Assembly (NCBI GenBank): GCA_025558095.1
Contig: JAIVFI010000044.1
Span: forward strand, 191,022 to 255,021
Direction of reading: 5' to 3'
Source of the DNA: Hyaloraphidium curvatum SAG 235-1
Taxonomy: Eukaryota > Fungi > Monoblepharomycota
Length of the DNA stretch: 64,000 bases
The notes beneath the pieces are model-generated. The model was given only the letters and a program-made list of their open reading frames with translations, was not told where the DNA came from and searched no databases. Position numbers and translations under genes: made by a program. Below are positions 35,951-48,388 of the stretch, piece by piece; position 1 is the stretch's first letter, and every line of letters starts with the position of its first letter.

Positions 35951-36869
35951 TCAGTAGTAGGAATCCTCTGGGTTTGCTGGCGGTAAGCTGTGGTCTTACG
36001 GCGTGAGGAGCGGGCTCACCTCCGCCACCGTCTCCCCCGTCGTCCTCGGCGTCATCGGCATAGTAGTCCAGGAGGTAGTCCGTTTCCTCCTCCATCTCCT
36101 CCTCATCGTATCCGTCGTCCTCCCAAAACGGCTCCCCCTCTGCGTCAAAATCGACAACGCCGCCCGCGGTCCTTCGTCCCTTCTGCGCCTGGCTCTCCTC
36201 CTGCTCCATTCGGTCCAAGTCCTCCTTCGAGAGGCCCACAACATCTTTTGCCCGCGATGGTCTGCTCGTTGCTTCGGTGGAGATCAGCGCGCGATCGTTT
36301 CTAAGCGCAGGTAAACCCCACCTGGTCTGATGGAGGGGTCCTTGAGGAACCGCAACTCCTCCGGAAAGAACGTCGGGAGCGCCGGGGTATCAACGAAACG
36401 GTTTCGATCCTCGTGCTGTTTCGTTTGCGCTCTGGCGTCGGTCGAGTTCCCCTTGTCAATGTCTGGCGACGTCACCGGGCCGCCGCAATGAGATGAACAC
36501 TCGAAAGGCAAGACGCAAAGAGATGCACACCCTTCCTTTTGGCCGTTGGAGGCGCCAAGTAGTAGATGCTGCCCTCCATTGTCTTCCGGAAGGCCCGGGC
36601 AATCTTGACCAACTCCAGTTCCTCCTCGGTGGGCTCTTGGGGAGGGTACTTCTCGGCTTGCCACTCCTAAGGCAGAGAAAGGGTCATGAAGAGATCCGAA
36701 ACGCGTCGAAATGCCCGGTGCGGCCCACAGGGAACACTTTCACGGGGTCCTCGAACTTGAGCGTGTCGGCGTCGAAACCAGCCGGGAACCGGCTGTCCGA
36801 GGAGGCTCCCGTCCGCGTGCCCCCTCTGCCACGACCGCGAAAGCCGCCACGGCCCATTCCTCGGCTCAT
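35951..36869 (-). CDS. RPC31: RNA polymerase III subunit C31/RPC7
   Basis: RGG-rich N-terminus; P.K.FP; IYY; FFPEEL; acidic tail with DYLLDYYADD ending EDSYY*; 4 introns. Confidence 0.8.
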
Positions 36870-37065
36870 CGTGGCGGTAGGACCCGCTTTGGGACTCTCC
36901 ACGCTCCTATTTACGTAGCGTCAGTCGCCACAGGATCGGATGATCGGATGTTCATCGCACCCGGCGCTCCCGCGAACTCCGTCTCCCACTTCGACCGCGA
37001 AGGGCCTACCCACCTCGCATTGGCTCCGGAAGTCACAGAATCAGACATTTGAGGCGGAAGTTGCA

Positions 37066-38386
37066 ATGGCCGCCGAGGCAAAGGACATACCCCAGATCGC
37101 GTGGAACCCCGAGACCGGAATCCAGCTCGCCGCGCTGAAGGAGGCCACGTTCCCGCCTACGTACTGGACCTACAACCCGAGGGACCTGATTTTGTATAAC
37201 TTAGCGAGTTTACGTGCGTCTTTCTGGTCTACGTGGAACTAATCCGAGCTGGGTAGGGACTCGGAGCCAAAGCCGAGGAGCTCCACCTCGTCTTCGAGCT
37301 CAATCCCAACTTCCACGCCATCCCTACCTATGGGTGCATTCCCGGGATGATCGGTGTGGGGACGGTGACGCGCTACATGCCTCAGTTTCTCTCGGGGTTC
37401 AATGTGAGAAGACTCCTGTTGCCGGTCGTGCGACTTTCCCTCACAAGATCTTCAGGTTGCGTACCACGTTCACGGAGAACACTACACGGAGCTCCTGAGC
37501 CCCATTCCCACCGGGGGCAAGCTCCGGACGGAGAGCAAGGTCGTGGACGTCGTGGACCGCGGCAAGGGCGTCACCGTGCTCATCGGCCTCACCACGTACG
37601 ACGAGAGCGGAAAGAAGATCGTCTACAACGAGGTTCGATGCCATTCTACGGCGGTTGGGCCTTGGGTGACTGTGGATTCTATTCCAGTGGACCAGCTTCG
37701 TGATGAAAGTCCCTGGCAAGGGCGCCTCGAAGGCTGGAGGGGCGCCGGCCATCCCTCCCGTACCGACGGACAGGGCACCGGACGTCGAAATCGAGGAGCC
37801 CATGTTCCCGTCGCAAGGTGCCCTGTACCGCGCCGCCGCGAACGACCTGAACCCTCTTCAGTAAGCGATCGCACCGAAAGCCCGCGTGAGCTAGCTGACA
37901 GTTCAAACAAGCATTGACCCCGACGTCGCGAAAAGGGGCGGTTTCGGTAAGTAGTGCTTCCGGCTCGTTGTTGGTTCATGCACTGATTCCGCTTGGTTGC
38001 AGCTCGTCCGATCCTTACCGGTTTGTTGCATGAGGGGCTTCTGTCTGGGTGTCGCTGACTGATCTTGCTCCATCTCAGGCACCGGGACTTTCGGCATCGC
38101 TGGTGAGCCTGGCACCTGTCGAAAACCAAGCACGTGTTGACTTCTGTTTACAGGTAAGAAGTGCCTCCAGTACTTTGGCAACAGCGACCCCCTGCGCTTC
38201 AAGTCCATCCGCGGCCGGTTCACTTCGGCCGTCTACCACGGCGAGACCTTCAAGATCCAGATGTGGAAGGCGGGAACCGGCCCCGGTTTCGCCAAGATCA
38301 TCTACCAGGTCTCGGTCAAGGAGCGCGGCGTCAAGGTCCTCAACGGTATCGTGGAGATTTGGGACGAGCCTCGGAGCAAGATTTGA
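37066..38386 (+). CDS. Stand-alone double-hotdog MaoC-type enoyl-CoA hydratase 2, C-terminal SKI (PTS1-like)
   Basis: RDLILYNLA/LGA; FHAIPTY; HGEHY; DVVDRGKG; ALYRAAANDLNPLH/IDP; RFTSAVYHGET; about 7 introns including micro-exons. Confidence 0.88.
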
Positions 38387-38853
38387 GCTGTAGGAGGATG
38401 AGGAGAGCAGAGCGCCATTAGAGAAACCGCAGGCGAGATGGCGCGTGCGAGGGTCTTTGACGCGTGCAGATTGTGTGTTTGGTTGAGGGGTTGCAGGGGC
38501 CGAAGGTTAGGGCCAAACAGGCGGCCTATTCCCAATTGCCGGAGCTCCACTGGACGGGAGGGTGCTCTGCACTGCCGGGACTGTTGCCGGCTTCATTGCG
38601 GAGTCCTCATCGGGAGAGACGCGGCGGTTCACGGAGCCGGGCGCAGGGCGGTGCACATCTTCCACGGACCGGCGCGCGGACTTCGGACGCCGATCGGCCG
38701 GTTGCATCAGCCGTGCGGACACCGTCACAGCGTGCCTGCATCGTTTCTATTGCTGGTTGCTCCGTTCCCGGCATAGCAGACTCGTAGTCCGGGCAGGGGA
38801 CGGTGTTTGGGTCTCGGCGACGGCAGCGGGCAACATCCGGACGCGCCTTCACG

Positions 38854-40812
38854 ATGCGCACGACGCCGTCTACTCCGTCGGCCGCGTCCAAAGATGTTCT
38901 TGCAGACGCGCGAGAATTCATTCCTGGTGCGTAGTGCCGCGGGAACGGGCACGGCAGAGCACCGTTGACTCCGTCCCCCGCCGCCCTCAGACCGGCTGTA
39001 CTTCACCTGGCGCACCGCCATGCCGCACAACGCTGACAAGGTCCACTTCTTCACGGTCGACAACGAGCTGGTGTACGTGCCCTTCAACCAGGACTTTGGG
39101 CCCAACTCCATGGCCCAGGTCTGGAAGTTTTGCGAAATCGTGAAGGCCAAGATGCGCGTGAGTTCCACCCGACGCATCGTTGCCGGCTCGTCCTTGACTC
39201 TGCCATGCTGCTCATGTCGAATACAGGGCCATCCCCGGGAGAGGCTCTGCCTCGTGAGCAGCACGTCGTACGACAGGAAGACCAATGCTGCCTTCCTCAT
39301 GGCGTGCTACATGGTGGGTCCCAATGTTCTCGCCATCCCGAAATAGCTGACGGCTTTCCTTGCACTATGCAGATGTTCTGCCAGGGCAAAACCCCCAGCG
39401 AAGCGTGGGAGCCCATGACGGACTTTGACCACGGCATCACCCCCTACCGCGACGCAGGCTACGGCCAGCCCACCTACTTCCTCACGATCCCCGACATCCT
39501 GAGCGGCCTCTACAAGGCGCAGTCCCACGGTTTGTTGCATCTCAAAACCTTCGACCACGCGGAGTACGAGTGGTTCGAAAAGGTGGACAATGGCGACTTC
39601 AACTGGATTTGCGACAAGTTCATCGCCATCGCCAGCCCGCACGACGAACGGACGGATCTGCAGGTCGCCGGCCACATCCGGCTGCAGCGCACGCCCCAGG
39701 GCTCCATCATGGACCTTCTCGCGACCCGCGATGCCACGGTGAACGCGTCGCTGGATACGCTCGTCACCTCGGCGGGCGGTTCGCAGTCCGAGGTGTCCAC
39801 GGACTCGGTCTTTGGCTCCGGCCGGCGGCGGCGGGACGGGCGCCAGCTCTATTCGTGCTACAGCGTGGACGACCTGGTGGCGTACTTCAAGGAGTACGGC
39901 GTCTCGGCCATGGTCCGGCTCAACAACCGGCTCTACGACCGCACGCGCTTCATCAAGGCGGGCATCGCCCACCACGAACTCTACTTCCCGGACGGCACCA
40001 CGCCCCCGGAAAGCGTGCTCCGCCGCTTCCTGGAGATCTGCGAATCGACCCCCGGGACGATCGCGGTGCACTGCAAAGCCGGGCTGGGCCGCACTGGCTC
40101 CCTCATAGCGTGCTACCTCATGAAGCACTACCTCTTCACCGCGGCCGAGGTCATCGGCTTCCTGCGCGTGCTGCGCCCGGGTTCGATCGTCGGCCCCCAG
40201 CAGAACTGGCTCGTGGGGATGCAGGCGCGCATGTGGAAGCTGCACCCGGCCAGCCCGCTGCCGGCGCACATCTCCATGCTCAGGGAGCCGAGCTTCGTGG
40301 CCACGGCCAAGCGCGTGGAGGGGTCCGTGCAGGCGATGATGCGGCTGGCGAACGAGCTGATGGACGCGGCCGACATGGAGGTCGACGAGGAGGTTGACGT
40401 GTCCAAGCTGGCGATCCCGAAGCAGCCGCGCAAGCCGCAGGCACACGCCGGCTCCAAGGTATGCTCTACCGTGCAGGTTTTGCAGGCACAGATGCTAACA
40501 TACATGCACGAACAGTCTTCCGGCCCCATGCGCCGCACGAAGTCGCAGCAGATGAACGAGGCGCTCGACGGCCTGCAGCTGAGTGTCAACTCGCACTACA
40601 AGGTCGTCAAGAACAACAAGGTCCGGCCCGCCCCCAAAGTGGACCGGATCGACACTGCGGCCGTCGTCAAGCCCGCCGCTGGTGCCACCACACCCTCGTC
40701 CTCCGGGACCCTGGTCATGTCGACGCCGCCGAGCGGGGCGCCGACCACCCGCAGCGCGTTCAGGAACCTGCTCAGCGTGTTCACCGGGGTCGGCTCGGGC
40801 GAGAGCAGGTAG
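38854..40812 (+). CDS. CDC14: Cdc14 dual-specificity phosphatase
   Basis: EFIP/DRLYF; Y.PFNQDFGP; NAAFLMACYM; PYRDAGY; EKVDNGDFNWI; VRLNNRLYD; FPDGTTP; VHCKAGLGRTG; RPGSIVGPQQ. Confidence 0.96.
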
Positions 40813-41118
40813 ACCGATCGCGCTTCATCGCTCCATCCACCCACTCCACCATCCACTCGAGGCATTGCTCACAGACGTTAGCCATTCCCTCCTCTGGACT
40901 TCTGAATCCTTTCTCCCGCACTATCTGACCTCCTGGACGATACCCTATTGCTGATTCATTAAAAGGCCCGCGCGGTCATGTGTATCAATGTAGATTCAGA
41001 CGCAGAGCAGGACACGGCTGGCATTGTAACATCACCAATACCACGGCCCCGAATAGATTACCCCCTGGCATGCATCCCATGCGACAGCCCGGCGAAAATG
41101 CAGCACTTCGGTCCCCAT

Positions 41119-42218
41119 TCAGTCCTCCCGACCGGCGAAGCTCCACGAGAAAAGCAGCACCTCCCCTGACGACGCCCGCCGCACGGCTCCCCCGAGGGTC
41201 AGCTCCGCCGCCGACGACGTCCTCCTCCCCACCGGAATCCTCTCGTCCGCATCGCGCTTTGCGATCCGCCCGTCCGACCCCCGCCTCACGTGCCCCGACC
41301 GCGGGTTCGTGAGCGACAGCCTGTCCAGCGCGGCGCCCAGCTCCGCCTCGGCCCCCGGCGACCGCGCCAGTCCCGCGAGCTCGGCGATGCTCCGCCGCCG
41401 GAGCTCGCGGGAGGCGAGCCGGCGCCCGAGGGTGGAGGGGAACCGCGGGCGGACGGGGGGGAAGTCGTCTGGGGGAGGGGGTTCCCCGGGGGAGGAGGGT
41501 TCGGTGGGTTGGGGGGTGCGGTCCTGCATGACGCGGACGACGGGGCTGGCGTCCGATTCGGGGAGGTGGGCGTTGCGGAGTGGGGAGCGGCGGGTGCCTG
41601 GTCTAGAATGTCAGACGGGCCGAGACCACGAATGCCGGAAAGCTCACGTTTGGAGTAGAGGTTCCCCAGGTACTTTTCCTTGGGAGTGGGCGTTTCGAGC
41701 TCCACGGAGTGCCGTTCCAGCACCCGCTCCGCGATCGCCACGAGCTCTTCGAGCGGCAGGAGTTCCGGTGTCGGCGAAGGCGTGCGGTTGGCCTCGCGAA
41801 CGCCATCGGGAGGCGGATCGGGCTCATCGTCCGGATTCCGTTTGTCCGGTATTCGCAGGGATGTGCCGATGGGGGGTTGGTCGGCGTGGGCGACCTTGGT
41901 CGGGGACATTGCGGGGGCGACTCGCACCACAGCGGGGGCCTCCGCCGCCGCCTTGAGGGCGTTGTTGTCGACGGCGATGCGCAGGTAGCCGGTCTCCTTT
42001 TCCGTCTTCCACCGCGGCTGGGCCGTCCGGGAGACGTACCACGACTCGATCGCGTCATCGGCCAACGAGTCATCGCGGGGGGCCACGGGCCGCGGAGGAC
42101 CCCGCGGCTTCATCCGGCGCGCCTGGCGGAGCCGCGCCTGCAGCTTTGCCGGCGACATTGCGGGGTCGTCCGTCAAGGTCGACGGCTCGATGACTCTGCC
42201 CAGAATAGGCGCCCCCAT
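41119..42218 (-). CDS. Hypothetical, largely disordered Pro/Arg-rich protein
   Basis: Two GC3-rich ORFs joined by a GTGAGC..ACCAG intron at about 41599-41647; the start is uncertain. Confidence 0.5.
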
Positions 42219-42486
42219 CGTGTCCCAGGCGCCGGAGCGGCCCCTCAAGCCCAGCAGGCAGCCGCGTGCTTCTCAATACAGGCGGATTGCGCCGCGGAAT
42301 ATTCGGGCCGGGTCCGCCGGAGTTGTTGCCCGGGCCCTGACTGAGTGCACATGCCGCGAACGACGCCGCGCTTTTCCGTCCGCAGCACCAAACGGCCCCA
42401 CGGCCCGCCCCCCGGCGCCGCCGCCGCCGCCCGGGCCGCGCCGCGGGCAGCACAGCCGCGCCGCGCTCGCGCCGCCCCGCCCCGCC

Positions 42487-43556
42487 ATGGCGGACCTCGC
42501 CGCGGCCGAGGCGCGCATTGATCTCAAGGTGCGTCGCGTCACAGCGCCCCGCCGCCCCCGCCGCCCCGGCTGGCCGCCCCGCCGTGCGCCGCATTGCGCT
42601 TGCGCGGCCGCGTGGACACCGCCGGCGGCGGTCGCGGGCCCCGCCACTCCCCCCGGCTGACGTCCCCCGGACCTTCTCCCGTCGTCCCCCATTTTCAGGT
42701 GCTGCATCACATTGGCAACGACGGTGCGTGGGGCCGCGCTGAGGGTCGGGGGGCTTTGGCTGACGACGCCACCGGGTTCCAGCGGCCGCCAAGGGCAAGG
42801 ATGCCCGCAAGCAGGACCGTTTCCGCCGCACGGTCCTGGCCGTCGACCAGATCGTCAACCAGAAGCTGTACAAGAGCAAGTCGAGCTCCCTCGAGCAGTA
42901 CTTTCGCGACGTTTGGAAGATCTCGCGCGCCCAGGTCTACCGTTTCATCGACTCGGCGTGCGTGCTGAAGGTGCGTCACACGGTGCCCCCCACCCGGCGT
43001 GCACACGCGCTGACGGTTTCGCGCCTCCTCTCCCGCATCTCGCGTGTCCATCCGCCGGATTCTTCCTACGTGCATCCCCCTGCCGCCCCGCAACGGCGTT
43101 CGATCCATCCGCCCCATTTTTCGTTCTGTGCCCTGAATCTGTCTCCCCCCCGCGTCTCCCCCACGCACGATCTCCCGGGAGCAGCAACTCCAGGGCTTCC
43201 CGCACCTCCCCGCGCGCGAGCGGATCTGCCGCACCCTGCGCAAGCTCACGAAATCGCGCACCGACATCCGCAAGCTCTGGGCGACGGTGCTGGAGCGCAA
43301 CGCGGCCTCGGCCGACCTCGAGCAGGCCATCACCTCGACTTCGGTCGCGGACGTGTGGAACGAGCTCTCTGCAAAGGGGCTCGTCGGGTACGGCGGCGAG
43401 GATGACAACGAGGAGCTGCCCGAGATCGAGCTGAGCGACCACTCTTCGGACGCCGAGGGAGGCCCCGGACCGCCGGCCGTGTCCGTGCCCGGGCCCGTCG
43501 TCAAATCCTCCGCACCGCGGACGCAGCGGGGACCTAGGCAGAGCTACGTCGAGGAC

Positions 43557-43588
<32 letters not shown>

Positions 43589-44960
43589 AGAAGAGGACGA
43601 GGACGAGGACGACGACGGGAGCAGCCTCTCCGCGGACCGCCGCTGGGGCGCGCGTCCGCCCAAGGCCCGCGGCCGGGGCGGCGGCACCAAGACGCGCCCG
43701 CGCGCGGCTGCCAAGCCCAAGAAGGTCGCGCAACCAAGGGGCGGCCGGGGCGGAGGCGCACGCATGCCGGGCCCCGCGGACTATGGCATGCAGCCGCAGC
43801 AGCTCCCCGGCGGCCGATCGCGCGCCATGCACGCAGTCGCCGCGGCCAGGCAGGCCACCAACATTCTCGAGAACATCTCGCCTTCGTCCGGCGACCAGCG
43901 GAGCAAGCGCCGCCGGACCTCGTTGGACAACCCCACCTCCACCATATCCGCCATCTCGGGCCTCTCGCGGCTGGCCGAGTCGGGCTACGGCACCGGCATG
44001 TACGACGCCCCGGGGGAGCGCTACGCCCGCGCCTACACCGGCGGCGGCGCCCCGCGCGAGGACTACGGTTACTACCCCGCGCCGCAGCCGCAGTACCCGC
44101 ACGACGCCGGCCGCTTCCGCGGCGCCGACCCCGCCGCCGATCCGGGGGGCCACGGCTATGCACCCGCTCCCCGCTCGGACGAGCCCACGCCGCGCTGGCG
44201 CTGGGTGAACGAGGACGACGAAGGGGACGACGTGCTTCTCCCCTGGCAGGACGACGGCATCGAGACCAATAACCACGAGCTTTCGAGCAACGACGTCGTC
44301 CTGTGCACGCACCTGCTCGAGTCGTTCGCCCGGCGCGGGTACCTGCTGCAGCCCTACGTCAACGGCGCCTGGGCCGAGGGCGTGTCGCACTGGCGCCTCG
44401 CCCCGCGCCGCGACCTGGTGCACAGGCCGCTGCAGAACAAGCGCCGCAACCCGGTGCTGCTCACGTACCCGCCCCAGGGCGCCGGGCCCCGCGCCCCGCA
44501 GCAGGCCATGGAGGGCGTGCAGGGCTTCCCGCCCCAGCCCGCGAGCGCCCAGCCCCCGTTCGGCAGCCCGCAGCCCCCCGCAGGCTACGGCAGCCCCGCC
44601 TTCCACGAAGCGCAGCAGTCGTTCCACGACCCGCCCGCGCACGCGTTCGACAACCAGCCGCGCACGCAGGCCGAGCAGCCCGCGGAGCGGTGGGAGGGCG
44701 GCGGCGAAAAGTTCCTGCACCCGCAGCGCATGCTCTCGCCCTTCGAGCACGGCGAGGAGCCCAGGTTCCACGATGCGCCCATGGATGCCGCGAGCCCGCC
44801 GTCGGGGATGCTGGGCATGTTCTCCGGCAACGGGGCTCAGGCGGGGTCGCACGAGGGGATCTTTGCGGCCATGGGCGGGGGCCAGCTTGAGCACGATTTC
44901 GGGGGATCCTACGGCGCGGCGGTCAAGCCGCCCGATTCGCCGGCGCCGGGCCAGAAGTGA
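42487..44960 (+). CDS. Putative DNA-binding protein: N-terminal phage/bacterial-like HTH-type domain, acidic tract, basic/RGG region, small Trp-rich domain, Q/P-rich tail
   Basis: Exons at about 42487-42528, 42699-42723, 42783-42970 and 43185-44960 give MADLAAAEARID..DRFRRTVLAVDQIVNQKLYKSKSSSLEQYFRDVWKISRAQVYRFIDSACVLKQLQGFPHLPARERICRTL..RKLWATVLE..ITSTSV; NLS-like KRRR. Confidence 0.8.
43551..43617 (+). repeat. (GAG/GAA/GAC)n coding acidic tract
   Basis: Encodes EDEEEEEEEEEEEEEDEDEDDD. Confidence 0.9.
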
Positions 44961-45240
44961 CAGACGGACGGATGGATGGGACAAAATGGGGATGCGGCGT
45001 CTGAGCCGCGCTCTTTCGAAAAGACTGACTTCGTACATGGGCTATAATCTGGGAGTAATACTAGTCGCCTGTGAAGCGGCCGCGCCTTGCCCTTCGTCAG
45101 TCCGTCCGAGCCTCATCCCCGTGCTGCGCAAGCTACAGTAGTCCGCACACAGGCCAACCAGCATCAGTGACAGCGACAGAGATTGATTCAGCACACAGAT
45201 ATCTGTCCACATCGACACATCGACAATTGCTTTGGACGCT

Positions 45241-46896
45241 TCAGACGTCCAAAAAGCTCATCGGATCCTCCTCGTCCTCCGTTTTCGGTGCCACGCCGTG
45301 GGTAAGAAAGAGGTCCGGGTGATCCTGCAACAGTTTCAGGAGCACAGCCTGGTCTTCTTCGGTCCCGCCGAAGTCGTGCTGCTGCAGGTACTGGTCAAGG
45401 TCCATGTTCCCGCCGTCCAAGTCGACCCCGAGCGCCGATTGGACGTTGGCCAGCGAGTGCTCCAGGTTCTCAATGTCCTTGGACAGCGCATCCGCGCTCC
45501 CCTTGGTCAGATCGATGTTGGACGCCATTTTGGAGAGGTTGCCGATGGCTTCCGTCGGAGGGGGTGCGACGAGCGAGGCCAGAGGGAGGTTGAAGAGGGC
45601 GGCGGTCGACTGCGGTATCACCGCGTCGGAAGCCGGCCCGGGGGGAGTGCTGGGTCCGCCGTTGATGGTTTCCGTCGGTTCGGGAGATGCAGCGCCCTTC
45701 TTCTTGCCCTTGGCGGCAGACGGGGGTTTGGCCTCGGAGATCTTGCGGGCGGCGGGAGCGGAAGCGCCGGCGCTCGAGGTGGACGAGCTCGAGCCAGCGG
45801 GTGAAGGGGCGTTGAAGGGCAGAATGATGGGACCTTGCCGCGCGGCTGCAAGTTGAAGCAGTTTAGAGTCGTGAGGAAGACGCCCCTTCCAAGAGCACCC
45901 ACAATGCACGTGCTGCTCAGGTTCCGGCCTCAGCTGCAGAATCTCCTCGATCCCGTTGGCTGCGTTCTCGTCATCCTCGTCGTCGTCGTCGTCCGTCAGC
46001 GCCACGCCCGTGACCAGCTTCCGCCGCTTCCCCTGTCCCAGGCCAGTCTTCGACTGGAACACAGAGGCCAGGAACTGGATGATCTTCTCGATGAGCTCCT
46101 GCTGCTTCTGGTACTGCGCCCGCAGGCTCTCCGTTTCCGCCCACATCTCCTGGTTCGCCTTCTGCATCGTCTGGAGGTCGTTCTGGATCGCAAACTGGTG
46201 CCGTTTGATGCCGGCCATCTCCTGGATCAGCGTCGACAGTTCGAGCGACGAGCCGGGCGACAAGGCCTGCGGATTGTCCTCCTCCTTCCCCTTTTTGCGC
46301 GTGACGAGCGAGAGCAGCTCGGGCTGGTCCCGGAGGAAGTGCGGGTGGGCAAACTCTGTCGCCAGCTCGGCCTCCTGGGGAGGGAGCAGGGCGCCGGCCT
46401 GCAGGTGCGGAACTTTGTGGAAGCCGTACATGTTGAGCTGGCGGACAAAGGAGGAGAAGTTCGAGTGCTTGAAGAAGCGGGGGAGGATCTCGTGGGCAAA
46501 CTCGTCCGGGTTCTCGACTGCGGCCGGGGTCAGAGGGGGGCGGGGCCACGATAGCCGCGCTTCCTACCGATGAACGAGTTTCCCTCTTCGCTCCAGTGGA
46601 TCAGGTTGTCCGAGTTGGGGTCGTTGACCATGCTGCGGAGATTCGGCCCGGTGTCAGAGGAGCCGCGCGGGGGTTCGCAACCCGGCCCACTTGAAGAGCT
46701 TGGAGAGAAACTGCGGCACATTCTTTCCCGCCATCGGCCCCGGGGCGATGAGCCGCGGCGGCAGCTGGGCGAGCGGGGCGGCAGCGACAGACTCGAGAGA
46801 GAAGTCCACGGGCGAGTTCAGCGCACCCGCGCCCGCCGCGGCGCGCCGTGTGCCGACGCCCCCGCGGCTCTCCGAAGAGCGGGTCACGCGCTCCAT
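45241..46896 (-). CDS. HSF1: Heat shock transcription factor
   Basis: VPQFLSKLF/MVNDP..IHWSEEGNSFI/..FAHEILPRFFKHSNFSSFVRQLNMYGFHKV; EFAHPHFLRDQPELL; HR-A/B heptads ending KIIQFLASVF. Confidence 0.93.
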
Positions 46897-47167
46897 TTCC
46901 GGGGGCAGGGACCGGGCAAAGTGAGTGGGAACTTCGGCAGCGCAGCGAAAACCTCGTCGTCCCAGCCCTATGAAACTGCCGCCCGAAATCGTCTCACAAC
47001 CTGTGGCTATCTTTCTACTTGGTCAAGTGCAGCCGGACGAAGACAAGCGCAATGGTAGCTTGCTGAGCTATCGGATCACGGCGTCACTGAGCACTGGCGT
47101 GAGAGCTGGAGGTGAATGTCGATTAGATGTCAAGATTCTGTCAAAGGCTAGTACAGTAGTAGGGTAA

Positions 47168-48388
47168 TCAAGCGTCCTCTCCAGGGTAGCTCTCAGCGGC
47201 ACTGGGGAGCCCGTGGCGGGTATCGGCGTGGGGTGATCCAATGAAAGAGGAAGATCGCTGAGGGGTGGCAAAGTTGTTCTTGTAGTACCGGAAGGAAGCT
47301 GTTCCGGCCTGAGCCGAAGGCAGTACTACTGGCGGAAGGTCGGGAAGGGCGGCATCCGCTTGCGTGTGCTCGAAGCCCGCCGACTGAGGTGACGGGAGGG
47401 CGACGAAGCCATGAGCCTGCGCCGGCGCCTGCCCAAACATGGATTCCCGGTTCCGTTGCAGCACAGTGAAGGCAGAAAGTACGTCCGTTTGAATCCGGAG
47501 GGAAGCGCGGACCGCCTCGATTTCCTCAAGCGACATTTGCGGTTCCTTGGGCGGGGGAGATGGCGCTGGCGTCGCGGCAGGATACGAAACGGGGCGAGCG
47601 GGGGTGTATGGGGTGTAAGACGGAGCCTCAATCATCTGGGGCTGCGTCACGGATCGCTGCTATCGAAAGCAATGCCGTCAGACGAAGGCTTTCTGTCACG
47701 CAATGACCTAGACCCACTTTGTTTCTCCTTGAGCGGTGCCACAGGAAAAGCCCAGCAATGGCCATCAGCAGCAGCATCCCGCCGGCAGCAATCCCGATGA
47801 TGACGCCATATGTGAGCGGGGAAACAGCGTCCGAAGGAACGATGCTCGGAGTGGCAGTCGCAGTGACCAGATCCGTTGCGGTCCCCGACACCGTCGTGAA
47901 GTGGCTCGTGGCTGTTGTCTGGGAGGCCCAAGTCGACGTAGGAACGGCGGAAGCGGTGCTAGAAGCGAATCCGACGGAAGAGGTGCGGGTGGAAGAAGCC
48001 GAAGACGTTTTGCTGGCCGAGCTCGCCGGCTTCGAGCTCGAGGTAGAGACCGTGGAGGACGTGGTGGTTTGAGACGCTGAGGAGGATCCCAAAATCGTAG
48101 ATGCAGGCCGGGAAGTCGAGCTTGGCGAGGCGGTGGTCGCCAGCGCCGAGGACGCCGCCCCAGTGGGTCCCAACGAGGCCGTCGTGGCCGTTGCCGCGGC
48201 TGGAGTCCCCGCAACGGAAGTCACCAGTATACCGACGGAGGTGCCCGGGCTGCCGACGGAGGCCGAAGGATCCACTGGGAGGACCTGGACGCCTGGCGGC
48301 ACATCGTTCGCGACGACTGCGCAAACGGCACAGAGTTAGCATCCTGGGCATCGAACCCGCCGAGAGATCGAGACTCACGCTCCGACAT
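47168..48388 (-). CDS. Ser/Thr-rich single-pass membrane protein (Mid2/Wsc-like sensor architecture)
   Basis: Predicted 10-nt exon 1 (ATGTCGGAGC); long S/T-rich region; TM VIIGIAAGGMLLLMAIAGLFLW followed by HRSRRNK; cytosolic tail. Confidence 0.75.
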
